Origin: an uncultured Candidatus Saccharibacteria bacterium
GTDB lineage: Bacteria > Patescibacteriota > Doudnabacteria > UBA920
DNA length: 64,000 nt
Direction of reading: 5' to 3'
Assembly (NCBI GenBank): GCA_964504715.1
Contig: CAZDEP010000006.1
Location: 4,748 to 68,747 of the forward strand
The translations under genes and the position numbers were made by a program. This document shows positions 44,077-54,480 of this stretch, in pieces. The notes below the pieces were generated by a model. That model was not told where the DNA came from, did no database searches, and saw only the letters and a program-made list of their open reading frames with translations. Numbering within the stretch: the stretch's first letter is position 1; the number at the start of each line of letters is the position of its first letter.

Positions 44077-45639
44077 ATGTATAGTTTAGTAATAAAAAAC
44101 GCCACTGTTTACGACGGAACCGGCAAACCGGGCGAAGTTTTGGATGTGGCGGTTGAAAACGACAAAATCGTCAATGTTGACAAAGGCATTGGACAATCGG
44201 CCCGCGAAGTTATTGACGCTCAAAGCTTGGCGCTCGCACCGGGGTTTATTGACCTTCAAAACCACAGCGACAGCTACTGGCAAATTTTTGACAACCCAAA
44301 TTTTGAAAGTCTTATTACCCAAGGTTACACCACAGTCTTGCTCGGAAACTGCGGCGCCAGCTTGGCCCCGTTGCTTTCCGACCAAAGCATGCTGGCTTTG
44401 CAAAAATGGCACAACCTGGAGGGCGCAAACATAAATTGGAACAGTTTTGGCGAATTTTTAAAAGAACTTTCCCGCAAATCATTTGGTTGCAATGTAGGCA
44501 GCTTAATCGGCTACGACACCATAAGAAGAGGGATAGTGGGCGACCAAATCCGCTCTTTGGAAAAGAACGAATTTAAAGCGATTGCAAAAATTTTGGAAGA
44601 GGGCTTAAGCGCCGGCGCTTTTGGCCTCTCTAGCGGACTTTCCTACTCACACGAAATAATTATTTCAGAGCTCGAGCTTTTTGAGCTGGCCAAAATTGTC
44701 AAAAAATACGGACGCCTTTTCTCCATCCACTTAAGGAGCGAAGGTTCGGAAGTGTTGGAAGCCACGGAAGAAGCTCTGGATATTGCCAGAAACACTGAAG
44801 TCAACCTTAAAATTTCCCACTTAAAAGTGCGGGGCCAGCAAAATTTCGCCAAATTCCCAAATTTGCTTTCCGATTTGGAAACCGCCTACCACCAGGGCGT
44901 AAATGCGCATTTTGACGTTTACCCATACGACACAATTTGGCAGGTTTTATATTCTTACTTGCCGAAATGGGCAATTGAAGGCGGCAGGCAAGCCATGCTA
45001 ATGCATTTTAAGGACCCCGTCCAAAAAAACAAAATTCTTTTGTATCTAAATTCCCTGGATGTTAAGTTCCCTGAAATTATAGTCGCATCCACGGCCAACA
45101 AACTTTCAGCTTCGGGCAAAACGCTCGGGCAAATTGCAAAAAACCTGGAAATTTCATCCGAGCAGGCGGTTTTGGATTTAATCCAAAATGGCGGAAGTGA
45201 AGTTTTGGTTTTTGAAAAAAACCTTAGCAGCGAGCAGGTAAGAGAGCTTCTTTTCCACCCTCTGTCCTTTGTGGGCACGGACGGAGCCGGCTTTAGCGGC
45301 AAACCTTTGGAAAAGCTTGTCCACCCGCGCTGTTTCGGCACTGCCCCGCGCTTTTTAAAGCTTGCCAGGGAGTCAAAAATAAGTTTGGAATCGGCCATTA
45401 AAAAACTTACAACCTTGCCCGCGCAAAAAGCAGGCATTAAAAACCGTGGGGAAATAAAAGTCGGCAATTTTGCCGATTTGGTCTTGTTTGACCCGGCCAA
45501 AATTGCTGACAAAGCCACCTACCAAAATCCCTTCCAATTTTCCGAAGGAGTGGATTCCGTTTTTGTAAACGGCAGGGCAGTGGTCAAAGGAGGCAAGGTT
45601 ACCCAGGTCTTGTCCGGGACAATATTGAAGAAAAGCTAA
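44077..45639 (+). CDS. Amidohydrolase-3 family protein (D-aminoacylase-like)
   Basis: N-terminal metal-binding module (VIKNATVYDGTG ... APGFIDLQNHSDSYW). Confidence 0.65.
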   Translation: MYSLVIKNATVYDGTGKPGEVLDVAVENDKIVNVDKGIGQSAREVIDAQSLALAPGFIDLQNHSDSYWQIFDNPNFESLITQGYTTVLLGNCGASLAPLLSDQSMLALQKWHNLEGANINWNSFGEFLKELSRKSFGCNVGSLIGYDTIRRGIVGDQIRSLEKNEFKAIAKILEEGLSAGAFGLSSGLSYSHEIIISELELFELAKIVKKYGRLFSIHLRSEGSEVLEATEEALDIARNTEVNLKISHLKVRGQQNFAKFPNLLSDLETAYHQGVNAHFDVYPYDTIWQVLYSYLPKWAIEGGRQAMLMHFKDPVQKNKILLYLNSLDVKFPEIIVASTANKLSASGKTLGQIAKNLEISSEQAVLDLIQNGGSEVLVFEKNLSSEQVRELLFHPLSFVGTDGAGFSGKPLEKLVHPRCFGTAPRFLKLARESKISLESAIKKLTTLPAQKAGIKNRGEIKVGNFADLVLFDPAKIADKATYQNPFQFSEGVDSVFVNGRAVVKGGKVTQVLSGTILKKS

Positions 45640-46964
45640 TGGTTATAAACGATTTAAAAAATAAACAAGTCGCGGTGCTTGGCTTTGGCCAAGAAGGCCA
45701 GGCGGTAACGCGGTATCTAACCAAGCACGGAATAAAACCCGTGCTGTTTGATCAGAAGCCCTGGGAAGATTGGGACAAAGCGCAGCAGGAAGAAATAAAA
45801 AAATTGGGCTTAAATTTTATTTTCGGACCCGACGCATTCATAGAACTAAAAGGTTTTGATATGGCTTTTAGGAGTCCGGGAATTGCGTTAGAAAAGATTA
45901 AAAATTTAGGGTTAAAGCTCGAAGTCACTTCCCAAGCTAAGTTTTTTTTTGAAAATTGCCACGCAAAGATAATAGGCGTAACCGGCACCAAGGGCAAAGG
46001 CACCACCGCAAGCTTAATTTATCAAATCCTAACCGCAACCCGCTACTTGCTACCCGCTAAAGTTTTTTTAACCGGCAATATCGGCAAGACCCAACCGCTG
46101 GACATTTTGGATAATTTACAGCCGGAAGATTGGGTGGTTTTTGAACTTTCGAGTTACCAGCTTCACGACCTGAACCAAAGCCCGCACATTGCCGTGGTGC
46201 TTATGGTGACTAGCGAACATTTGGACTACCATAAGGATTTGGCAGAATACCGTGTGGCCAAATCGTCCATTACGCGCTATCAGAGTCCCCAAGATTGGGC
46301 AGTCATAAATTCCGCCTATCCCGCATCCGTCCAAATCGGCTCCGGGGGGCAGGGGAAAAAAGTGTTCTTTGGCGGACAAGAGTTTAACCTGCTTCCCCAA
46401 GAAAAAATCCAGCTTAAAGGCAAACATAACCTTGAAAACATCCAGGCTGCGGTAAAGGTGGCGGAGATATTGGGTATAAATTCCGAAATAACCAAACAAG
46501 CCATAGCGGAATTCCGCGGGCTTGAGCATAGGCTGGAATTCGTTGCGGAAAAAAATGGCATAAAGTTTTACGACGATTCATTCTCAACAACCCCTGAAGC
46601 TGCCATTGCGGCCATTCGGGCTTTTTTTGAACCCTTGGTAGTCATATTGGGCGGGTCAAAAAAAAATTCAGACTTTTCGGAGCTCGGCAAGGTAATTAGG
46701 GAAGCTAAAAACATCCGCGCCCTGATTTTAATAGGGGAGGAAGCCCCAAGGATCAGGCAGATTATTACAAAAAACGCAGACGCGGACAAACGGTTAGTTT
46801 TTGAAGGCGCGCAAAATATGCCGGAAATTTTTGGTCAAATTAAGCAGGTGGCAAAACCGGGCGACTCAGTCTTGCTTTCACCGGCTTGCGCAAGCTTCGG
46901 GATGTTTAAAAATTACAAAGACCGGGGCGAAAAATTTAAAAATTCAGTTTTAAGCTGGAATTAG
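45639..46964 (+). CDS. murD: UDP-N-acetylmuramoylalanine--D-glutamate ligase
   Basis: VAVLGFGQEGQAV (N-terminal Rossmann) and IGVTGTKGKGTTASLI. Confidence 0.85.
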   Translation: MVINDLKNKQVAVLGFGQEGQAVTRYLTKHGIKPVLFDQKPWEDWDKAQQEEIKKLGLNFIFGPDAFIELKGFDMAFRSPGIALEKIKNLGLKLEVTSQAKFFFENCHAKIIGVTGTKGKGTTASLIYQILTATRYLLPAKVFLTGNIGKTQPLDILDNLQPEDWVVFELSSYQLHDLNQSPHIAVVLMVTSEHLDYHKDLAEYRVAKSSITRYQSPQDWAVINSAYPASVQIGSGGQGKKVFFGGQEFNLLPQEKIQLKGKHNLENIQAAVKVAEILGINSEITKQAIAEFRGLEHRLEFVAEKNGIKFYDDSFSTTPEAAIAAIRAFFEPLVVILGGSKKNSDFSELGKVIREAKNIRALILIGEEAPRIRQIITKNADADKRLVFEGAQNMPEIFGQIKQVAKPGDSVLLSPACASFGMFKNYKDRGEKFKNSVLSWN

Positions 46965-46968
46965 CAAT

Positions 46969-48069
46969 ATGCCAAAAAAACAAAAAATCGACTACTGGCT
47001 CCTGCTTCTTACTTTGGCGCTTTTGGTTTTCGGTTTAACTGCACTGTATTCGGCGTCCACGGTGGAGTCTATTGATAACTTCGGCAACACCACGCACTAT
47101 ATTTTCCATCAGCTTGCATACGGTGTGGGGATTGGTTTGATAAGTATGTTGATTTTTTCCAAAATTGATTACAAAATTTGGCAAAAGTTGCTTCCACTTA
47201 TTGTTTTAGCTTCGCTGGTTTTGCTGGCTTTGGTAAAAATTCCGGGCTTTAGCTTTTCCGCAGGCGGCGCATCAAGATGGATCCACATCGGGCCTATTTT
47301 TTTCCAGCCTTCGGAACTGGCAAAACTTGCAGTCGTTTTATATTTGGCGGCCTGGGCCGGCAAAAAAGCATCTTTGAGGGAAAATTTTATTTTCGGCCTG
47401 CTTCCTTCGCTCATTATAGTCGGCCTGTTTTCGCTGCTTATTCTTTTTCAGCCCGATTTCGGCACAATGAGCGTTCTTGTGGGTACGTCCGCCGTATTGC
47501 TTTTCGCCTCCGGAATCAAATTAAAACACTTTTTATTGCTTATGGCCTGTGGTCTCTTGGCTGTGGCTCTGTTAATAAAATTTGAGCCTTACAGAGCCGA
47601 AAGGCTAACCAGCTTTTTAAACCCAAAAATAGACCCCCAAGGGTCAAGCTACCAAATAAACCAGTCTCTATTGGCCATTGGCGCAGGCGGTGTAACAGGC
47701 TATGGCTACGGGCTTTCCAGGCAAAAGTATAACTACCTGCCCGAGCCAATGGGGGATTCCATTTTCGCCATTACCGCAGAAGAACTTGGGTTTTTTAGGG
47801 TGATTTTTGTCCTGCTGCTTTTCCTTATGTTTTTTTTGCGGGCCCGCAAAATTTCGCAGGGCATATCGGACCCGTTTGGCCGCATGACAGTGCTCGGAGT
47901 GGCTACTTGGATATCGCTGCAGGCTTTGGTTAACATTGGCTCTATGGTCGGTGTTATGCCCCTTACCGGGGTGCCGCTGCCTTTTTTTTCCTACGGCAGC
48001 TCGGCATTGCTGATTACTCTGTCTGCAGTCGGCATTGTTTTAAATATCAGTAAAAATTATAAACAGTAG
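46969..48069 (+). CDS. ftsW: SEDS-family peptidoglycan glycosyltransferase FtsW/RodA
   Basis: 10 TM helices and SEDS motifs (PSELAKLAVVLYLA, GVMPLTGVPLPFFSYGSS). Confidence 0.85.
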   Translation: MPKKQKIDYWLLLLTLALLVFGLTALYSASTVESIDNFGNTTHYIFHQLAYGVGIGLISMLIFSKIDYKIWQKLLPLIVLASLVLLALVKIPGFSFSAGGASRWIHIGPIFFQPSELAKLAVVLYLAAWAGKKASLRENFIFGLLPSLIIVGLFSLLILFQPDFGTMSVLVGTSAVLLFASGIKLKHFLLLMACGLLAVALLIKFEPYRAERLTSFLNPKIDPQGSSYQINQSLLAIGAGGVTGYGYGLSRQKYNYLPEPMGDSIFAITAEELGFFRVIFVLLLFLMFFLRARKISQGISDPFGRMTVLGVATWISLQALVNIGSMVGVMPLTGVPLPFFSYGSSALLITLSAVGIVLNISKNYKQ

Positions 48070-50100
48070 ATGGGAATGTTTCGAAAAAAAAAGACTTTTA
48101 AATTCAGGGCGAACCCCTACGCTGAATTCCATATCGTCTATGCTAAAGCACGAAAGGGATTCTGGACCGGTTTTAATTTTAGCCGGCAAAATTTTAAAAA
48201 AATTTGGCCCGAGCTTTCAGTTTTTCTTGCCGTGCTGGTTTTGGGCTGGGCGCTTCTGCAATCGAGCCGCTTGGCCGCAGTGACTTTGAGCATAAAAGAA
48301 AAAATTCTCATGGGCGGCAAAAGCGGGGCGGAAATGCTCAGACTGGCTAAATCCTCCCTGGAAAAGCGGGACTTGGAATCTGCGGGTGTGGAACTCGGTG
48401 ATGCTGTGGAAAATTTCAAGCAGAGCCAGCAGGAACTTTTTGCCGTGAGGCAAAATTTTATGGGCTTAAGCAGACTTCTGCCTCAAGAACGGGCGGCCGC
48501 CAAACTCTTGGAAGGTTCCTTAAACTTGGCCGAAGCGGGCCAAAGCGGGCTAGTATTAGCCAAGCTCACCTCCAACCTCTCCTTCGGCGCACAGGGTTTA
48601 AGTGCGGAGGCTGATATAAATGAAATTTACAGCCAGCTTGTGGTCTTTGAATCTAAAATTAGCCGGGCATTTCAAGCTTTAAGCGAAATCGACCCCGGCA
48701 AGCTACCCCCAAATGAACGGGACGATTTTGAAAAAAACTTCACGAAAGTTAAAGCGGTGGCCGATTCGGCCGCAACCTTAAAATCGCTGGGCAAACTCGG
48801 GCAAATATTTTTGACCGGTAAAAAAAATGTCCTGCTATTGTTTGAAAACAACAACGAGCTCAGGCCCACGGGCGGATTTATGGGCTCTTTTGGCGGCGCA
48901 GTTTTAAATAACGGCAAACTCGAGTCGCTTAAAATTAGCAGTATTTACGACTTGGACGGCCAGTTAGCTGAAAAAATTGTCCCGCCATCCCCAATAATCG
49001 CGGTTAATGACCGTTGGTTTTTGCGAGACTCCAACTGGTTCACCTCGTTTCCCGAATCCGCAGCGCTAATTAGCGCGTTTTATGAAAAAGAAGGGGGCGA
49101 AACGCCGGACCTTATAATTGCCCTTACGCCGCAAACACTGGAAAAAATTATTGAAGTAACCGGTCCGCTTAAAACACCCGGGGGACTAACCATTAACGAA
49201 GAAAATCTGCTGGAACAAATCCAAATTCTTACAACCAGCACAGCCGAAGACCCGTCCAATGAACCTAAAAAAATATTGGGACAGCTTTTAACCGAATTGC
49301 TCCAAAAAATCAGCCAGTTAGATGCCCCGCAAAAAACCCGCGTACTTAAAGCATTGAGCGAAAGCCTTTCGGAAAAAAGCCTGTTGGCCTTTTCCCGCAT
49401 CCCGGAAGCGGCGGATATTTTCAGCCAATTTAACTGGGCAGGACAAATTTTGCCCACTGACAGGGATTTTTTGCTTATGTCTTTTGCCAACCTCGGCGGG
49501 ACAAAAACCGACCTTAGTGTGCAGCGCAGCGCAGCTTTAAACAGTTATGTTAACCGCGGCGGCGAAATTCAAAACACGCTTACCATAAGCCTTAAAAACC
49601 TTATGCCGGAAATGCCATTTTCGGAAAATAAAACTTTCGTAAGGGTGTATGTGCCGGAAGGCAGCAAACTTTTATCTTCCGAAGGCTTCGACAAGCTGGA
49701 ATTGCCGGCGCCTGATAATGAGGATTATAAAAGCAGCAGCGCCATTCGTGACTGGGAAAAAACCTCGGTTAAAGACGTGGTTACGGGTACGGTTATTGGA
49801 GAAGAGTCCGGCAAAACTTTTTTTGGAAACTGGGTAATTTTAAAAGCGGGGGAAAGCCGTCAAATAAAAATTGTTTACCAACTGCCCTGGAGGTTAAAAA
49901 AACTCGACCGCTTAAGCCTAATGCTTCAAAAACAGCCCGGCGTCACTTGGGAAGAATTCGGCTATACCTTAAGCATTCCGGGGCGCCAAGCAATTTGGGC
50001 AACTGCTGCGGATTTTACGCAAAAAAACGGCATTTGGAGCCTAAAAAACCATTTGAACAAAGACGTTTTTTCTGGTATGGTATTGATGCAAGATAATTGA
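48070..50100 (+). CDS. DUF4012-like membrane-anchored protein (676 aa)
   Basis: N-terminal TM then a large extracytoplasmic domain with the ENNNELRPTGGFMGSFG motif (recalled as DUF4012-like; unverified); embedded in the dcw cluster. Confidence 0.45.
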   Translation: MGMFRKKKTFKFRANPYAEFHIVYAKARKGFWTGFNFSRQNFKKIWPELSVFLAVLVLGWALLQSSRLAAVTLSIKEKILMGGKSGAEMLRLAKSSLEKRDLESAGVELGDAVENFKQSQQELFAVRQNFMGLSRLLPQERAAAKLLEGSLNLAEAGQSGLVLAKLTSNLSFGAQGLSAEADINEIYSQLVVFESKISRAFQALSEIDPGKLPPNERDDFEKNFTKVKAVADSAATLKSLGKLGQIFLTGKKNVLLLFENNNELRPTGGFMGSFGGAVLNNGKLESLKISSIYDLDGQLAEKIVPPSPIIAVNDRWFLRDSNWFTSFPESAALISAFYEKEGGETPDLIIALTPQTLEKIIEVTGPLKTPGGLTINEENLLEQIQILTTSTAEDPSNEPKKILGQLLTELLQKISQLDAPQKTRVLKALSESLSEKSLLAFSRIPEAADIFSQFNWAGQILPTDRDFLLMSFANLGGTKTDLSVQRSAALNSYVNRGGEIQNTLTISLKNLMPEMPFSENKTFVRVYVPEGSKLLSSEGFDKLELPAPDNEDYKSSSAIRDWEKTSVKDVVTGTVIGEESGKTFFGNWVILKAGESRQIKIVYQLPWRLKKLDRLSLMLQKQPGVTWEEFGYTLSIPGRQAIWATAADFTQKNGIWSLKNHLNKDVFSGMVLMQDN

Positions 50101-50105
50101 CCTGA

Positions 50106-51722
50106 TTGGGTCAATTTTTTAAACTACCACCTGTGATCAATAAACTCAAAAGTCTGGAGTCGAATTTTACAATCAATAAGGCAGCCTTAATCGTCGGCTT
50201 TTTCACTCTACTGTCCAGGCTCACCGGCCTGTTGCGCGACCGACTTTTTGCCGGCAAATTCGGCGCCGGCGATATTTTAGACGCATATTACGCGGCTTTT
50301 CGCATTCCCGATTTTGTTTTTAATTTGCTGATTTTGGGTACCTTGTCCGTCGCCTTCATTCCTGTTTTCAGCGAACTTTTGGTTAAAGACCGCCAGCAAG
50401 CCAACCGGACGGCCAATACCATTCTCAACTCCACTTTTCTCTTGATGTTTGCAATTTGCACCATCCTCTGGCTTTTTAGCGCCAGCCTTTCCAAAATCCT
50501 GGTGCCGGGATTTACGGGAGAAAAATTGGCAAATATGATTTCTTTGACCCGCTTGTTTTTAATCTCTCCTATTATCTTTACGCTTTCCAACGTATTCTCC
50601 AGCATCTTAAACAGCCAAAAAAAATTTGTGGCCGTCGGCCTTGCGCCCGTGCTTTACAACTTCGGCATTATTTTCGGCCTCCTTGCTCTTTACCCCCGCT
50701 ATGGGATAATGGGCATTGGCTACGGCGTGCTTGTAGGCGCCTGCCTGCATTTGCTGGTCCAGGTGCCCGAAGCTGTCCGCTTAGGTTTTAGGTGGAAACC
50801 CATAATGGATTTTAAGGACAAAGCTTTCCAAAAAATGACCAAGCTTTTTGTACCCAGAATTTTCGGGCTGGATAATTCGCAAATCAGCCTGCTAATCGGC
50901 TCCGTCATCGGTTCTTTTTTGGCTTCCGGCTCCATTGCCATTTTAAATTTGGCCAACAATTTGCAGGCGGTGCCCATTGGCATCTTTGCCATTTCCATTG
51001 CCGTGGCTTCTTTTCCTGCCCTATCCCAATTGAATGCGGAAAAAAACGAGCGGGGTTTTTTGGAAACTTTGGCCAAAAGCCTCCTGCAGATTTTATTTTT
51101 CATTATCCCCATAACCATTTTTATTTTAATTTTAAGGGCGCACTTAGTGAGGCTGGCTTACGGCGCGGGCAATTTTTCCTGGGAAGACACCATCTTAACT
51201 TTTAAAACCCTGGGCGTCTTTGCTTTTTCCCTTTTTGCGCAAAGCGTAAGCCCGCTTTTGGCCAGAAGTTTCTACGCCAAACAGAACACCATAATCCCGG
51301 TGGCCATTAATTTTTTTACCATGGCCTTAAACGCCTCTTTGGCCTACTTTTTTGGAAAGAGTTATGGCGTGGTGGGAATTGCCGCCGGGTTTTCCATTGC
51401 AAGCATATTTAACGCGCTGTGCCTTTTTATTGCGCTGCATTATTTCCTCTCCGAAGACGGTAAAACAGGGTTACTAAAGGAATTCGACCTGACAATTTTC
51501 AAGCAAGTAGCTAAAATAACTATTTGCGCGCTGGCAGGAGGCCTTGCAGCTTACGGCGCCTTGTATGCGGCGGAGCCCTTCATAAATACTCGTACCGTTT
51601 TGGGTCTTTTGGCCCAGGCGGCAGCCGCCGGACTTTTGGGCTCAGCAATTTATTTTATGGCGGCTGTTGCGCTGGATTTGTCCCAGGCTAAAAAGTTTGT
51701 AGAAAAATATGGATCAAAGTAA
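50106..51722 (+). CDS. murJ: Lipid II flippase MurJ
   Basis: LLSRLTGLLRDRLFAGKFGAGDILDAYYAAFRIPDFVFNLL; 14 TM helices. Confidence 0.85.
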   Translation: MGQFFKLPPVINKLKSLESNFTINKAALIVGFFTLLSRLTGLLRDRLFAGKFGAGDILDAYYAAFRIPDFVFNLLILGTLSVAFIPVFSELLVKDRQQANRTANTILNSTFLLMFAICTILWLFSASLSKILVPGFTGEKLANMISLTRLFLISPIIFTLSNVFSSILNSQKKFVAVGLAPVLYNFGIIFGLLALYPRYGIMGIGYGVLVGACLHLLVQVPEAVRLGFRWKPIMDFKDKAFQKMTKLFVPRIFGLDNSQISLLIGSVIGSFLASGSIAILNLANNLQAVPIGIFAISIAVASFPALSQLNAEKNERGFLETLAKSLLQILFFIIPITIFILILRAHLVRLAYGAGNFSWEDTILTFKTLGVFAFSLFAQSVSPLLARSFYAKQNTIIPVAINFFTMALNASLAYFFGKSYGVVGIAAGFSIASIFNALCLFIALHYFLSEDGKTGLLKEFDLTIFKQVAKITICALAGGLAAYGALYAAEPFINTRTVLGLLAQAAAAGLLGSAIYFMAAVALDLSQAKKFVEKYGSK

Positions 51723-53502
51723 CATTAGAAATTTTTGCATAATTGCGCACATTGACCACGGCAAAAGCACGCTGGCCGACCGCCTTTTGGAAATAACCGG
51801 CACGGTCTCGAAAAGGGAAATGAAAGACCAACTCTTGGACCAGATGGATTTGGAGCGCGAACGCGGCATTACCATAAAACTCCAGCCGGTTCGTATGGAC
51901 TACCAGCTACAAGCAACTTCCTACACGCTAAATTTAATAGATACTCCAGGCCATGTGGATTTTTCTTACGAAGTTTCGCGCTCTTTGGCCTGCTGCGAGG
52001 GGGCAATTTTAGTCGTGGACTCCACGCAGGGGATAGAGGCTCAAACCCTGGCAAACGTATATTTGGCAATGGAGCACGACCTGAAAATTATCCCTGTTGT
52101 CAACAAAATTGATCTGCCCAATTCCGACCGTAAAAAAACCGCGGAGCAAATTAAAGCGGCGTTCGGCTTTACGGACGAAGAAATTCTTTATGCTTCGGGC
52201 AAAACCGGCGAAGGCGTGGAAGATATTATTAAAGCCGTAATAAAGCACGTGCCGCAGCCAAAAGGGGACTCTTCCAAATCCTTAAGGGCGCTGATTTTTG
52301 ATTCCATTTACGACATCCATAAAGGCGTGGTGGCTTATGTCAGGGTGTTTGACGGCCAGCTGCTCCCGCGCGAAAAAATCTATACCCTCGGCAGCCAAAC
52401 GGAAGCGGAGAGCTTGGAAGTCGGGTATTTTAAACCGAAAATGGAAAAACATTTTGAAATTAAAACCGGCGAAGTCGGCTACATTGTCACGGGATTAAGG
52501 GACGTTTCCAAAGCCCGGGTCGGCGACACTATAACGCTGTTTGAAGGCCGGCAGGCAGTTGAGCCTCTCGCCGGCTACAAGCACGTTACGCCCATGGTCT
52601 ATGCCACAATATTCCCGACCAGCGGCGACGACTACCCGTTGTTGCGCGACGCAATGGGCAAATTAAAGCTGTCGGATGCCGCCCTTGAATACGAACCCAT
52701 AAACATCCCTTCCATAGGGTTTGGTTTTAGGACCGGCTTTTTAGGCCTTCTCCACATGGATATTGTGCAGGAGCGGCTGCAGAGAGAATATAATTTGGAT
52801 TTGGTCCTAACTGCTCCCAGCGTGGCTTATAGAATAGCCAAAACCGACGGGTCGGAAATTACCATCCACAATCCCGCGGAATTCCCGGACCCTTCCATAA
52901 TCAAAGAAATTTTTGAACCGTGGATGCGGGTGGAAATATTAACACCGCCCGATTACATAGGCCCCATAATGGAAATCGCCACCCAAAGGCGCGCCGTTTC
53001 CCGCGACATCAAGTACATTGGCGAAAGCCGCGTGGAAATGTTTTTTGAAATGCCGCTGGCAAACATAATTTTGGATTTTTATGACAAGCTAAAGTCGGTT
53101 TCCTCCGGCTATGCCAGCCTGAACTATGATTTTTTGGAAGAGCGGGTGGGGGAGTTGGTTAAAGTTGATATTTTAGTTGCGGGGGAAAAAGTTGATGCGC
53201 TGTCTGCCATTATGCACCGGAGCGCGGCGCAGGAAGACGGGAAAAATTTGGTGGAAAAGCTAAAGCAGCTCATCCCCAAACACCAGTTTGAAATAGCCAT
53301 CCAGGCCGCCATTGGCGGCAAAGTTATTGCCCGAGAAACCATTTCGGCCCTAAGAAAAGACGTAACCGGCTACCTTTACGGCGGCGACGTTACGCGCAAA
53401 ATGAAACTTTTAAACAAGCAGAAAAAAGGCAAGAAAAGAATGAAAAAAATCGGCAAAGTCGACATACCCCAGGAAGCATTCCTTGCCGTACTAAAGAAAT
53501 AA
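51709..53502 (+). CDS. lepA: Elongation factor 4
   Basis: IRNFCIIAHIDHGKSTLADRLLE, GTPase domain, and LepA C-terminal domain. Confidence 0.95.
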   Translation: MDQSNIRNFCIIAHIDHGKSTLADRLLEITGTVSKREMKDQLLDQMDLERERGITIKLQPVRMDYQLQATSYTLNLIDTPGHVDFSYEVSRSLACCEGAILVVDSTQGIEAQTLANVYLAMEHDLKIIPVVNKIDLPNSDRKKTAEQIKAAFGFTDEEILYASGKTGEGVEDIIKAVIKHVPQPKGDSSKSLRALIFDSIYDIHKGVVAYVRVFDGQLLPREKIYTLGSQTEAESLEVGYFKPKMEKHFEIKTGEVGYIVTGLRDVSKARVGDTITLFEGRQAVEPLAGYKHVTPMVYATIFPTSGDDYPLLRDAMGKLKLSDAALEYEPINIPSIGFGFRTGFLGLLHMDIVQERLQREYNLDLVLTAPSVAYRIAKTDGSEITIHNPAEFPDPSIIKEIFEPWMRVEILTPPDYIGPIMEIATQRRAVSRDIKYIGESRVEMFFEMPLANIILDFYDKLKSVSSGYASLNYDFLEERVGELVKVDILVAGEKVDALSAIMHRSAAQEDGKNLVEKLKQLIPKHQFEIAIQAAIGGKVIARETISALRKDVTGYLYGGDVTRKMKLLNKQKKGKKRMKKIGKVDIPQEAFLAVLKK

Positions 53503-53508
53503 AATAAT

Positions 53509-53940
53509 ATGATTTTGTACCACGGCTCAAAAGGACTGCTAAAAAGTTTGACGCCTCATCAAGCCAGGTCTAAAGATCCGAATCAGGTTCCGAAGGACGA
53601 GCTGCTGAACGCAATTTATTTAACCAATGAATTTAAATTCGCTTTAGCTATGGGCGCCAGGCCGGAAGGGATTACTCAAATTGACAATAACAAAATTAGG
53701 TTTGAGCATCCTGAACTTTTTGACCCGGAATGCATTGTTTATATTTATGAATTTGACACCTCCGATATCCCTGCGGAGAATCTAAGTCCAATCGACAGCA
53801 AACAATTTGCGGTAAATGGGGTGGAGAGGCTTGTGCCAAAAAGCTACCAAAAACTGAAGGCAAAAGAACTGCTAAAGTACTATGAATTGACCAACTGGAA
53901 AAATCCGGAGACCGAGGTAAGGCGGCTTCCCAGAAGGTAA
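53509..53940 (+). CDS. Hypothetical protein (143 aa)
   Basis: ORF tightly following lepA; no recognisable motif. Confidence 0.4.
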   Translation: MILYHGSKGLLKSLTPHQARSKDPNQVPKDELLNAIYLTNEFKFALAMGARPEGITQIDNNKIRFEHPELFDPECIVYIYEFDTSDIPAENLSPIDSKQFAVNGVERLVPKSYQKLKAKELLKYYELTNWKNPETEVRRLPRR

Positions 53941-54078
53941 GCATGAGTTTTATACATGATAAGAATAAGTTTTGCAGCGGTACTTTTGCGTTGAATGAAA
54001 AAAACAGCAATATTGCCTAAAAAATAAAAAAGTATCATACTTAAACAAATTGAAAAGTTAATATGTTAGAACAAAATT

Positions 54079-54474
54079 ATGACCCTTCATAGCAATTTGC
54101 TTTACATTGTATCCATAATTGGCCTTGTAGATACAATATACCTTTCCTACCACGCCATAACCAAAACCGACGTAGCCTGCTGGTTTTTCCCGGCAGAGTG
54201 GTGCAAAAAAGTCCAGTACAGCAAATACAGCCGCACGCTCGGCATACCCAACCCATACTTAGGCCTTTTAATGTATGTGGCCATTATACTTCTAACTTAT
54301 TTTACGGGTCTCGGACAGGTTAGTTCTTGGATTGTGCCTGCCATAGTAGCATTTGGATTTGCCTTTTCCATGTATTTTACATTCATACAAGCCTTTGTGC
54401 TGAGGGCTTTTTGCACCTGGTGCGTGGTTTCGGCCATAAACTTTACTATTATGTTTATTTCGCTTTTTAAATAA
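54079..54474 (+). CDS. Vitamin K epoxide reductase (VKOR)-like membrane thiol oxidoreductase
   Basis: Four TM helices, loop cysteines (VACWFFPAEWC) and the CxxC active site (CTWC). Confidence 0.6.
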   Translation: MTLHSNLLYIVSIIGLVDTIYLSYHAITKTDVACWFFPAEWCKKVQYSKYSRTLGIPNPYLGLLMYVAIILLTYFTGLGQVSSWIVPAIVAFGFAFSMYFTFIQAFVLRAFCTWCVVSAINFTIMFISLFK

Positions 54475-54480
54475 AATTAT

